64,000 bases of DNA from Trypanosoma brucei (Eukaryota): NCBI GenBank assembly GCA_000002445.1, contig CM000208.1, positions 832,001 through 896,000 on the forward strand. The letters run 5' to 3'. Both the position numbers and the translations under genes were made by a program. This document shows, in pieces, positions 22,850 to 33,547 of this stretch (the stretch's first letter is position 1; every line of letters begins with the position of its first letter). The notes beneath the pieces are model-generated. The model saw only the letters and a list, made by a program, of their open reading frames with translations. It was not told the DNA's origin and ran no database searches.

Positions 22850-24520
22850 ATGCGAGGGTGTGCAAAAGGCATCGGTGCTATATTTGCTGCTGATGCCTCG
22901 AATCATGTAAGGGGGAAATCCGTGAACGCGGATGAGAGCTGCTTTGGTGTTTTTCAAAATATGCATATCAACCCTTTTCCCGTTCGCGCCGCTATTGACA
23001 TTGGTACTGGTGGAATGATTACCATGGTGGTTGCTCGCGTTGACGCCGCAGCCAACGCCGTGCGCAATTTCATGTATCAGACGCAGCTACCGTTACACCT
23101 GGAATCTGTAGCCGCAGGGTTGGGCGACTCATCATCGTTCGTTCTTTCCGAAGCAACTCGAGCGGACATACGCAATAAAATGCGTGTGTTTCACGGTGCA
23201 CTCCGTCGTGATAATTATGATGGTCTTAGCGAACGTGCCGCTGTTATGTCGTGGCCGCTGTGCGAAGCCGCTGATGCACTGGCGTTAGCTGAGGACCTAA
23301 CGCGTGAGTTTAAGGTGGATGTGCGTGTTCTGGGGAAAACGTTTAATGTAAGTATGCCGTTCTGTGGTTCAGTTGGGTTATCAGCTAATGCGAGCCAGGA
23401 ATCAATGGAGGTTGACGTGCGGCGGGGTAGGCGCTGTTCTAATGCCTGCACCACTGCTGTTACTGGCGGCAGTGAAAGCGGTTCTGTTCAGTCTTTCTTG
23501 CATCATACTAATCGTCGTCGGAAGGAAAGGCAAGCGAAATTAGATTCACAGCGAGAGGTGCGTACTGTTACTGATGGTGATCGTGTGCCCAATGTACCGG
23601 CAGCTCAGCAGATGGAGCAGTTGGCCTTCCTTGCGCACGCCGCTGTGAGCAAGTGTGTTGCTCCGCAACGCTTGCTCATTCTTGCGGAGGATTGTCATAA
23701 AGGAATATGTGTGCTAGGCGCAGATACAGCTGAACCCGAAGAAGTAACCGACGACGAGACGGCGGCTAACACTAAAGGTATCAACAATAATAGCAAGGAT
23801 GCCGTTACGCACCAAGGAGTTGGGTCACCCACTGGATTACTTGTACATGCGTTGCCGGTCGATTTAGCGATGGCACACCGACTATTGGTTACGACGGTGC
23901 AACGTCGGTCGCAAACTACGGATGAAGGCGCCAACCAACGAAGCCCCAACCCTGTTCTTCGTGAGGAGTTTAGGAGGTTGCGCTGTCTGTTGGAGGAGGC
24001 AATGCACCACACATTGCCTCAGTGGGTTCTTGATAAGTCAAACACTGGTGGGGTCATATGTGGGTCAAGTTTTAACGGTGGCGTGCTAAACGTCGCTGCA
24101 CGAATAGCCCAGCGGTCTAGTGTCTCATTGGATCACCTCGAGACGCATGCGGAGATGCACTATTGTGGTTTAACGGATGTTCTGATGTCAGTCAACTATC
24201 CTAACGCGGCGACGGTAATACCCTGTGCTGCGCTGGCCAGTGCATTGTTACGGTCATTAGATGCACAGCGGTTTGAATATCTACCCGAGGTTCATATTCC
24301 TGCTGCTCTCCTCCTTCAGCCCTCACTGTGGACGTACACAAGGCGTGATCAGGTACGGAAGGCATTGAAGCAAAAACCATTTTACGCGGCCGGGAGCCTG
24401 CGGCGCACATTTCAGCGTCCCCACGCACGTGAAAATCCAACAGCTGCTCCAACGGCTTCGTGGCAGAAGAACAAGGAGTGGAATGCACTCTCATACGACA
24501 ATAGCACGAAAGGTACTTGA
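22850..24520 (+). CDS. ASKHA-fold (Ppx/GppA exopolyphosphatase-like) domain protein, 556 aa; alternative start ATG at 22961
   Basis: The N-terminal motif AAIDIGTGGMITMVVARVD resembles the Ppx/GppA phosphate-1 motif (AAIDLGSNSFHMVIAR). The rest is a divergent long extension. Confidence 0.5.
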   Translation: MRGCAKGIGAIFAADASNHVRGKSVNADESCFGVFQNMHINPFPVRAAIDIGTGGMITMVVARVDAAANAVRNFMYQTQLPLHLESVAAGLGDSSSFVLSEATRADIRNKMRVFHGALRRDNYDGLSERAAVMSWPLCEAADALALAEDLTREFKVDVRVLGKTFNVSMPFCGSVGLSANASQESMEVDVRRGRRCSNACTTAVTGGSESGSVQSFLHHTNRRRKERQAKLDSQREVRTVTDGDRVPNVPAAQQMEQLAFLAHAAVSKCVAPQRLLILAEDCHKGICVLGADTAEPEEVTDDETAANTKGINNNSKDAVTHQGVGSPTGLLVHALPVDLAMAHRLLVTTVQRRSQTTDEGANQRSPNPVLREEFRRLRCLLEEAMHHTLPQWVLDKSNTGGVICGSSFNGGVLNVAARIAQRSSVSLDHLETHAEMHYCGLTDVLMSVNYPNAATVIPCAALASALLRSLDAQRFEYLPEVHIPAALLLQPSLWTYTRRDQVRKALKQKPFYAAGSLRRTFQRPHARENPTAAPTASWQKNKEWNALSYDNSTKGT

Positions 24521-24870
24521 ATGTCGAAGTAGAAGGGGAAATGGGAGTAATGGTAGCGCTATCCTCCACTCCCCTGCCTCGTTCGCGCTCACTTCATATC
24601 CAATTCGCACATTGTGTGCGGTTGTATCATACCATTCCCCCCGTATTAAAGTTTCAGCGATACGTCATTGGAGTTTCGGTTCTGCAGACACTGATAACGC
24701 CAGCTCTCTTAGTACCCTTTCTCCCTTCTAATATATGGTGTTCATGCCACTTACTGGCGTTCCCGCCTCTTTTATGCTGCATTAAAAAAAGAAAACTATT
24801 CGTTACCTCCATCTCAATGCACGTTGGTGCGTGTGTGAAAAATCGTTTGTGTTCAGGTTAAGTTGTGTGT

Positions 24871-25920
24871 ATGCTTCTTATAGTGTTCGTAGTCGGATTT
24901 CTGCTCCTTCTTACTGCGTTCGTTGCACTGCAACTGCGGAGGAGTCAACAGTTCCCGACATTTAGCGATGCAACCCCATCTCGAGTTGCGGCGAGGCGTT
25001 CAGAAACGCGACGGAGTCAATACAATGACGGAGATTATTGGAGTAATGAAAGTTCTGATGAGGGTAGCGACGACGATGATAATGATGACTGTGAAGTAGG
25101 CCACAAACGTGAAGAGAGGCGTAAGCTGCGCGGTGGAACCAGTGGCAGCGCCGGACCATTGCGGCACCGCCGCACGAGGCGCGGTGCAGGGAATGCTGCT
25201 GAGGCAGACGGGGACGGTGAGGAAGATAAAAATGGTTCTCAGACGAAATTATCTCGATTACAAAGAAAGAAACAAGAAAAAGAGAGAGAACGACAGGAGC
25301 GGCAGCAGGCGCAGGAAGCACTGCTAGAGAATCGGCGAGTGAAGCAGGAGGAGGAGCAGCGGCAACAGAAAGACCGCGAGCGTGAAGAGAGGGAGCGAGA
25401 GATTGCCGAAGAAGCAGCACTGCAGGAGTTGCGCGAGGAAAAAAAGCGTCAAGAAGATGAGGAGTATGCAAAGTGGGTTGAAGGCATTGGGGTGGTAGAG
25501 CGCGGTGAAATTGGAGACGAGGAGCGAAAGAAGCATGACAATCTTGTCAAGTACTTAATCACCATGGCGGGTAACGGCGGTGAGCGCCAACAGCAGCGGG
25601 TGATTGATGCAGAAAACTTTGGTGAGGGTGAGAAGGTCGGTGACGAGACAATAACAAGGGGTACCGAGTCAAGCAGCCGTGGAAATATACTGATTCTCAA
25701 CGACGTCGCACGAACGCATGGGTTGTCAGTGGAAGTCACTGTTCAGGTGATAGAAAAGCTTTTGGAGGACGGTGTTATCAGCGGTGTTTTTGATGACCGT
25801 GGAAAGTTTGTTATGCTTTCCGAGGAGCACTATAAGCAAATCGCAGAGTTTGTTAAACTCCGCGGCCGCGTTTCGATGAAGGAGCTTGCACGAGAGTGTA
25901 ACAGGATAATCATGTTGTGA
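24871..25920 (+). CDS. DDRGK1: DDRGK-domain protein (DDRGK1/UFBP1 homologue; ER-anchored UFMylation adaptor), about 349 aa
   Basis: ORF-track start 24865 is GTG; the ATG is at 24871. There is an N-terminal TM anchor (MLLIVFVVGFLLLLTAFVALQL), a long charged E/R/K/Q-rich helix, and a C-terminal winged-helix region with DDRGK motif (DGVISGVFDDRGKFVMLSEEHYKQIAEFVKLRGRVSMKELARECNRI). This closely parallels human DDRGK1 ([42 protein letters not shown]). Confidence 0.8.
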   Translation: MLLIVFVVGFLLLLTAFVALQLRRSQQFPTFSDATPSRVAARRSETRRSQYNDGDYWSNESSDEGSDDDDNDDCEVGHKREERRKLRGGTSGSAGPLRHRRTRRGAGNAAEADGDGEEDKNGSQTKLSRLQRKKQEKERERQERQQAQEALLENRRVKQEEEQRQQKDREREEREREIAEEAALQELREEKKRQEDEEYAKWVEGIGVVERGEIGDEERKKHDNLVKYLITMAGNGGERQQQRVIDAENFGEGEKVGDETITRGTESSSRGNILILNDVARTHGLSVEVTVQVIEKLLEDGVISGVFDDRGKFVMLSEEHYKQIAEFVKLRGRVSMKELARECNRIIML

Positions 25921-26528
25921 CGAGAACCCCAGTCGTTGTTGACGGTCCTTCTGTTGTGCCATGATTTGGTTATTTGTACGCGACGTCTTGCCAAACCTCC
26001 TTATCTGGAAGCAGAATCCATAAACACTGAGAGGGAAAGCGGCGGGTCCGTTACTCGCCTTGTTGTTGTTCCCCAATGGCTGAATCTCTGCGGGGAAATG
26101 CACATGTTTGTGTTTGTAACCCTCTTGAGTTCACGGGTAAGTGATTGGTGGCGTTCGAAGTTTTGCCTTGAATTTTTCCCATGTGGTGCCCACAAATCCT
26201 AACCCTTCACCTTTCTTGCTCTGACATTTGTGTAAAGGAAAGTAAGCGTATACTCAGTCACTCCTCGCGTAAGATCACAAGTGGTCAAAAAATAAAAAGA
26301 ATACATATATTTGCACGTATCGTTGTCCTATTTGTGCTGAGCGTATTTGTAGAAGCGTACTGCGTAAACTGGAAACCGTGAGGAAATACTCGTTTAGGAG
26401 ACTGCTCTGCCAGAGGGGAGGGGGAAGAGTGAAGAGTGCTGACCGAGTGTTATCATCATCATTGTGTCAGCTTGTAAGGATACATTTAATTTTTTTTATT
26501 ATTGGAGCACCGTTAGCGTTACGACCAA

Positions 26529-29204
26529 ATGTCCTCACAGGACAGTGAAAGCTGGGGGAATTCGAGACAACATTATCAGTATTCGGATGCTTCCGAGGAG
26601 CATAGGCCAGAGGCGACAAAATTAAAATCTGAATGTTTTCAAAACGCTGGTCGCACCTCTCCAAATCGTCGCCGTGACTCCCCAGCGATACAGCAGGAAA
26701 GTAGTGACTTTGCGACAACATCAGATTCGCCTGTGCCTTGCCACTACAGCCAACGAGGGCCTGCAAGTCAAAACGCACAGCAGAAGGGGAAGGATAGAGG
26801 TGATGTTTTTTGCTCGACGGTTACGTCTTCAGACCTGTTTCCCACTGTTGAACTCGGCCCACGGATGCTTCCGACTAACTCCACGTCAATGAAAGGAGGA
26901 CGTTACGCCGCAGGCGACAGGTTACCCCAGACGCAGGAAACAGATAAAACTGACAAACCTGTACGTAACAGGTCTGAGCGCTCCGAAGGAACACCTCTTC
27001 CCAACTGTGGAACCGCACTTCGCGATGGTTCAAGACATTCTCATTCGCCAGCGAGTTCCTGCAGAGGGAACGACAGCTTAGTAACAAACGGGACTGCTAG
27101 CCAGAGAGAAACAAATGAAGAATCGTGCGATGTGTGTGGCAGCTGCTCAACACACTACGTGAGCGTTAGTCTGGGGTTGAGTGAGTGGGAGACGCTTTCT
27201 CCAAATCAAATAAAACTGCGGCAGTGTTTTGATGCGCCTATTGATTCGATCGCTGTGCCCTCTAGCGAAACGCACCGTTCATTAGCACATGAACAGCAGC
27301 GACAGCTACTGGAAACGATTATGCAAAAGCATTCAAGGAAACGGATCAAGAGGGTGACGGATTATATCCTTGGGCCCATCTGTGGTGAGGGTACATTAAG
27401 CACTGTTCGAGACGCGATTAACATATCATCAAACAATGTTGATCCGTTTCGGTTTCAACGTGTAGCCATCAAGTGCTATAAACAATCCGATTCTAAACTT
27501 AGCGAAGGGGCAGGCAGCTCTGATTGTTCACAACTGTCTTCACTGGCGTCTGCAACGAGGCGTCAGCAGGACGAGCTGCAGCGTTTGCGTGAGGCTGAGA
27601 AACGAAATTTGCAGTGCTTCTACTCCACAAATATTGTCCGCAGTATTGACGTCTTCTCGCATGAGGGGAAGCAGTACATCGTGCTACCTGCGGCTATTTG
27701 TAACTTGGAACAACTGGTGCAACTCGCCAAATGCCAGAACCGTTGTGCTTCTTGTGATTCAGTGAGAGGCAAACGAAATATGATTCCATCTTCAAAGGAT
27801 GGAGTTGATGGCAGATTTGAATTGATGCCCTCTCTGGGGAAACCAGCAGGAAAGTTGCCCCAAAATGATGTCAGCCTCTGCACAGGCGCTGCGAGTTTGC
27901 AAAAAATGTCCCCATATAGGAAAGTTACCTCACTTTTTGCGGCGGAGGTGGTGAGGAGCATTATGAACCAACTGCTTCGCGGAGTTGCATATTTACACCG
28001 TCAGGGCGTAGCTCACAATGACCTGAAACCGCAAAACATACTTCTGTTTGCCGATGGCTTGGTAAAGATAGGCGATTTGGCGAGCGTGTCTGTGAACTAC
28101 ACTGGTCATGGAACTCCAATGTACTTGTCTCCAGAGATCTGTAGATATTTTTATGATGCGGGGAATGAGACGAACGGTAGGGTTGCAGTGGTGGATGCCC
28201 TCAAGAACGACATGTGGGGGTGCGGCGCCATCCTTTACTATCTGTTGACGGGGAACACCCTGTGGGAGGACGGAGCGAACTGCCAGAACGTATATCAATT
28301 ATATCGTATAATTGCGGAGCGGAACACGCCTGTTAGCCTTTCTCATATTAATATACCTGCGGAAACCGAGGATGAACTGATATCCCGTCTTACAGAGTCA
28401 GAGAATATTTCTTTTAGGGCCACGGGTGGGTTGCGTCGCCCAACCGCTTTTCCACACACATCTCTTTTACACTTGGCGGCGGGTTTGTTGGACGTCAATC
28501 CCGCTACGCGATTAACTGCTGAGGAGGCTGTTCGACACCCATCGCTGCAAGCCCCTCCGGTAGATGATGTGCATGATGCCTTTCCAACTGATATGACACA
28601 AGGGGATGTGATGAAGGTGATGTTGGAGTCGCCGTATTACCAGCAGCTCATTAAGTGGGATCGGGAACGACATTTACAGTTTGCAGCGGAATGTTCCCAT
28701 GTTTTGGGTTTGCAGATACCAGAGGAGATATGCGTTTCAGCTCAAAAGCGTGCGGCCGATGGTTGTGGCATGGAGGCGGATGTGACGGACCCGCTGCTGA
28801 GATTACCAAGTTCAATTTACCGTTTAGTGGGGACTGTAAACCCTTCACTTTTCCTCCCCACGGATGAGTTTCATCACTACTTGAGGAAGTTGAAGGTGCC
28901 AAACTATGATGTATCGTCTCTAAGGGCAAATCCCTCTGCTGTGAAGATGATGGAGGATTATCTTCATACCGTGATGATGGAGTGCGGCTACACCGGAAGC
29001 GTCAATACACGGGAGCGGAGCGGGTCGAAAGAAGACCAAAACGGCATAAAGCTTTCGACAAGTCAGCTGACAACACGCTCCAGGGAGGACACGTCGCATG
29101 GTTTGGCCACTTTTAAAGACGATGATCAACCAGAAACTTTGGATCGTGTCTTAACTGACATGCCAAGTGACGGTCGCCCTAACTTCTGCTGCATTATCAT
29201 GTGA
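26529..29204 (+). CDS. atypical serine/threonine protein kinase with a 270-aa low-complexity N-terminal extension and insertions, 891 aa
   Basis: Catalytic loop HNDLKPQNILL, VAIKCYK lysine motif, and SPEIC in the APE position are present. DFG is replaced by DLA (KIGDLASV), and the glycine loop is degenerate (GPICGEGTLSTV). Confidence 0.8.
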   Translation: MSSQDSESWGNSRQHYQYSDASEEHRPEATKLKSECFQNAGRTSPNRRRDSPAIQQESSDFATTSDSPVPCHYSQRGPASQNAQQKGKDRGDVFCSTVTSSDLFPTVELGPRMLPTNSTSMKGGRYAAGDRLPQTQETDKTDKPVRNRSERSEGTPLPNCGTALRDGSRHSHSPASSCRGNDSLVTNGTASQRETNEESCDVCGSCSTHYVSVSLGLSEWETLSPNQIKLRQCFDAPIDSIAVPSSETHRSLAHEQQRQLLETIMQKHSRKRIKRVTDYILGPICGEGTLSTVRDAINISSNNVDPFRFQRVAIKCYKQSDSKLSEGAGSSDCSQLSSLASATRRQQDELQRLREAEKRNLQCFYSTNIVRSIDVFSHEGKQYIVLPAAICNLEQLVQLAKCQNRCASCDSVRGKRNMIPSSKDGVDGRFELMPSLGKPAGKLPQNDVSLCTGAASLQKMSPYRKVTSLFAAEVVRSIMNQLLRGVAYLHRQGVAHNDLKPQNILLFADGLVKIGDLASVSVNYTGHGTPMYLSPEICRYFYDAGNETNGRVAVVDALKNDMWGCGAILYYLLTGNTLWEDGANCQNVYQLYRIIAERNTPVSLSHINIPAETEDELISRLTESENISFRATGGLRRPTAFPHTSLLHLAAGLLDVNPATRLTAEEAVRHPSLQAPPVDDVHDAFPTDMTQGDVMKVMLESPYYQQLIKWDRERHLQFAAECSHVLGLQIPEEICVSAQKRAADGCGMEADVTDPLLRLPSSIYRLVGTVNPSLFLPTDEFHHYLRKLKVPNYDVSSLRANPSAVKMMEDYLHTVMMECGYTGSVNTRERSGSKEDQNGIKLSTSQLTTRSREDTSHGLATFKDDDQPETLDRVLTDMPSDGRPNFCCIIM

Positions 29205-29305
29205 GGTGGTTGATAGGTAGTTCAACTCATTGAATAACATGCAGAAAGACAAACTTCCTTTTTCGTTTGTTTTATCTATTATTTTACTTTCTCAAATATT
29301 ATGAT

Positions 29306-29336
<31 letters not shown>

Positions 29337-31909
29337 TTGTGTCTACGAGGTTCTGTTTTCTTAGCATCCCCTTCTCATCTTTGTGTTTGATTTAGCAGTT
29401 TTATGCTGGTGGTGCAGTTTTGGTACGTCTTTTTCTTCCATCTGTTATGTGAGCCATGTGAGAGTGAAAGGGATCGGAATTTATTTTGCAGGAATTGTTG
29501 CAGATACGAAGCGGCTAAACGTTGATACGTTACGGTGTGTTGGTTGTAAAATGAGGGGTAGCTGCTGATCTTCACTTGTGCATGCTTCGTTGCTTGCGCC
29601 CTTTTTTTTCTTTTTTCCCACAAATACTTTATGTTTCCTACTTTTAGTGGGTGCATCGCCACCGAGGTGCATTTTGCAAAGAGAAAAAGAAAAGACTGTA
29701 AAGTGGCTGTGCCTCACTTTTAAGTGGGAGCAAAATGGTTTGTTGTTAGTTAATGTACATGCTGAGGGAACTGTGTAGATGAGGGGGGAAATAGTCACAT
29801 GAGTAGGTTGTAATAACGGAACTAAGTTTTTGTAAACTCTTGTGGCGTTAGGGTAGAAAGAGAGGGGGAAATAAAGAATTACTTAAAATAATACAACTTT
29901 AGAGCACCATATACCAAGAATCCACAACTAGGGAAGATGCTTATTTAGTTTCCTTTTTTTTTAAATTTGCGCATGTGTTTGCTCTATTGATTTGAAGGAA
30001 GAAGTGAGGAAATGTATGCTAATAAATTTGTTACCTATGAATGTATGGAGGAGGGGTGTGGGGAGAGAAAATGCGTAAGTATTGTTCGCTCGTGGTATCG
30101 AGTACAGCACCGTGGTAGGCATCCTTCTATCGTGTTTATACTCGTAAAACTTATTTACTTTTTTGTTTATATATTTTGCTTATTGTTTTTTTTTAAAATA
30201 TTCTTCCTACTTCATCTCCGATATGTCATAACAATGAATCAGTGGAGGTAGGACTACCATATGCGCATACTCATGCAACCGTAGTACATATATGTAATTA
30301 TAAGTATGATATAATACTATTAACTATTTCACGCATAACTCGTGCAGTTGGTCACAATAATCTTCCAGACCATTTTTTTATTTTTCTTTTCAAATAGCCT
30401 TACCACTCGCGACATCCACTGAGACATCGAGCCAACTATTATTGTTATTATTTTTATCATAAACGTTACTATATTTATTCATCTACTTGGTTTGATTTCT
30501 TTCAGTTTTGATTCATTATGTTTATTGCTTTGGTGGATAGGTAGCATTTGCCTTACCTCCTTGCATATATGTTTAATGAAAAGAAAAAATAAAAGAAAAA
30601 AAAGCAACTGGAAGCTCCACCATTCAAATATCTCTTCCATCTTTTCTTTTCTGATGGTAATTTTATATTTAAAAAAAATGTGTTTTCTCCCTCCCTCCCC
30701 CTTTCCCTTTTTCTAGCAATCGATGTTTCTTCTCTTCTCTTTTCTTTTTTTTGTTTTTACCCGTCTCTGATTTTTTTTTTTTGAGGGAAAAATTTAGGGT
30801 GTCGGTATATTTACTCCCCTCTTCTCTCCCTTCCTTTCCTTTCCTTTCTTTCATTCTTTTGTTTTACAGGTGATCAACATAAAAAAATAGGACGATTTAG
30901 AAGTTTTAATGAGTCTGTGTCCAATATTTTTATTGGAGATTTGCTGAAGTGGAAATACCAAATCACCCTTGTGAATGAGAGAAAAATGGCAAAATCAAAT
31001 ACAAAAAAGAAGAAAAAGCCAAAATCAAATACAACAAGGAATTAAATTTATTTGTTTATTTAAAGACTATATGGCTTCTGGTCCATGTGTCAGTTAAGGC
31101 GTGTGAGGAAATATTAAATTGTGATGTATGATATCACATTATGGTGCGTGCGAACTGGACCATGTTATGCTCATTTTCTTTTATTTTTAATGAGGGGAGA
31201 TCATTTAATACTCCATTAATTTTCCTCAGTGATGTAATTTGCGTGGGCAGCTCTGCTTTATGTCGTGTTTATCATGGAAGCGTGTGTTTGTGTGTGGGAC
31301 ACAACGACAAAATATGATCCGTGTGGTTAAATACTGATACAAATGTATGCACATATGTAATATCGTTACTTAAAGTTGTGATAATTTAGTTGGAGTTTAG
31401 TAGAGATTTATTTCTTTCGTTTTCTCCCCCTTCATCTGGTGTGTTCCTGTTGTTGTTTCCCTATTTTTTTTTGTGTGGTAGCAGGCATATTCCAGCCCTT
31501 TTATTCTTTATTTTTATGTCGGAGAACCGCTTACTGGTGTCTGTTTTTTTTTAATTTTTAAATTTCGCACACACTATTGTTATCTAAGTTAATTCTTACC
31601 TCCTTGCTCTCTTTATTAATTTAATTTTTTTTTTGTGTCGAAAAGCGGTGAAACCGTCTGGAGTCATAAAGATGCATCTGCAAGCCCGGAAGTATTCCCT
31701 TTCTTCTCCGTATGTTTCTTGTTGTTCGTTTTTCTGCTGCTGCTGTTGCTTACTGGAAAGAGGGAAAAGAAAATTTAAAAAAATTACTCTTAACCTACTT
31801 TGGGGAAATAAGCAAACTAACTATACAGAGAAAGCGAAGAAGAAGAAATACAAAGAGGGAAAAAGAAAAGGGGGGGAAAAAAAAGAGGTGACAAGTGCGT
31901 CAAAAAGGG

Positions 31910-33547
31910 ATGTGCCAAACTTTAACTACGGACGGTCTGTCAGGTGAGGTGAGGCCCGCTTTCACTGAAGAGGAACAAAATCCCAACAGATGCAGCGATG
32001 ACTCCGGTGATGGCGTCAATTCAATGGAAACTCGAATGAAGGGAGATCCATGGCGTTTTGCTGTTGCTGCTATATTTTGCCTATTGTCCATTTCAAATGC
32101 CATGCAGTGGATTGCATTTGCTTCAATATTCGATGAAACACGTACCTATTTCAATATGACTGCCGTGCAAGTGAACTACCTTGCAACAACATACGTCATC
32201 GCTTACGTTGTTGCTGTGTTCCTCAGTTGTAAGTTGTTTGAGGTAACTGGACTAAAAGCGGGAATCCTTATTGCGGCGACAGCCAATGCTATTGGTGCAA
32301 GTATTAAACTTGTTGCAGTGTATGCATGGCCACATATGATTCTTTTGTTTCTCGCCCAGGCCTTTAACTCTGTAACAGAAATTCTCACGATTGCAACCCC
32401 GCCACTCATTGCTAATCGATGGTTTCCCGTGGAGGAACGTGTGGCCGCCAACGCTGTAATGACCATTTGTCTCAATGTAGGTTGTGGTTTGGGTGCATTA
32501 ATTCCCGTTTTCTTCGTTAGTCCTGAGAAACAGGAACAGCGCCACTTTGCTGCTCTCTTTTGGTTTCAATTTGGTCTATGTGCCGGCACGTTTGCACTTA
32601 CCTTTATTATTCCCCAGCTCCCACGGCAATCACCAAGCTACGCTGCTGACAGACAACAGAAAATGGAGGCGAAACGTTTGAGAACCTTACGTGAACGCCA
32701 GAACCGTCAAAGTGGTGCCGGAGCTCCCGCTGAAACGCAACCACCACTTGAAGTAGTAGAGGATGATAGACTAAATATGTATGACGATGATGATGTCGAG
32801 TCTGTCGCAGAACCCATCAATGTCTTCTCCACGCTGGGGGACACTTTCCGAGCGATGAGAACTAATTCCTCCTTTGTTTTTCTCTCAATTGCAAGCGCCG
32901 CAGAACTCGGTCTCATTTGGTCCGTGGCGACGGTGCTTCCGCAGTGCCTTGTGCCATTTGGTGTAACTGGATCCGAATCGGGGTGGATAAGTTTCCTGAA
33001 TCTTGTACTTGGCAGTGTTATAGCCCCAATTGTCATGCATTACTTTGGCCAAAATTGGAGGCACAAGCAGTCACTGCTTGTTATCTCTATCATACTTGTT
33101 GTAAATGTTTGCGCTTTGTGCCTTTGCTACTATTTTGGTCCTTCTGGCGACGACCACCGTATTTACTATGTCGTAGTTGTATTCCTTCTTTGGGGTGGAG
33201 TAGCCGGGCTTTGCCAAAACTTCATGTTGCCCATCATGTTTGATTTCGTTGTTGAGTTAACTTTCCCTATGAGGGAGTCCACAAGCGCACCAGTACTGAC
33301 GTGGGCGGCATGTTTGTCTAATTTGGTGTTGACCGTAGTTTTTGGTGAAGTGCTTGGGGAGAATCCTACGCGAACTGATTCAGCAAAGGTGCTTCTGGGA
33401 ACCGTCATTGTGTGTATTATCGGATGCGTTGCGCTCGTGTTGGTTCGCCCTCTCAAGAGGAGGGAGGAATTTGAACATCGTATGGAAGAGTTGGATCGTG
33501 CGGCATTGCAACTTCCGCAAGATGCCTCACACGAGAGAGTCAGATGA
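31910..33547 (+). CDS. multi-pass membrane transporter, MFS-like (about 12 TM helices with a central hydrophilic loop); alternative start at 32024 (METRMKG)
   Basis: ORF-track start 31895 is GTG; the first ATG is at 31910. Two six-helix hydrophobic bundles are separated by a charged loop (residues about 250-300), the typical MFS topology. Confidence 0.65.
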   Translation: MCQTLTTDGLSGEVRPAFTEEEQNPNRCSDDSGDGVNSMETRMKGDPWRFAVAAIFCLLSISNAMQWIAFASIFDETRTYFNMTAVQVNYLATTYVIAYVVAVFLSCKLFEVTGLKAGILIAATANAIGASIKLVAVYAWPHMILLFLAQAFNSVTEILTIATPPLIANRWFPVEERVAANAVMTICLNVGCGLGALIPVFFVSPEKQEQRHFAALFWFQFGLCAGTFALTFIIPQLPRQSPSYAADRQQKMEAKRLRTLRERQNRQSGAGAPAETQPPLEVVEDDRLNMYDDDDVESVAEPINVFSTLGDTFRAMRTNSSFVFLSIASAAELGLIWSVATVLPQCLVPFGVTGSESGWISFLNLVLGSVIAPIVMHYFGQNWRHKQSLLVISIILVVNVCALCLCYYFGPSGDDHRIYYVVVVFLLWGGVAGLCQNFMLPIMFDFVVELTFPMRESTSAPVLTWAACLSNLVLTVVFGEVLGENPTRTDSAKVLLGTVIVCIIGCVALVLVRPLKRREEFEHRMEELDRAALQLPQDASHERVR

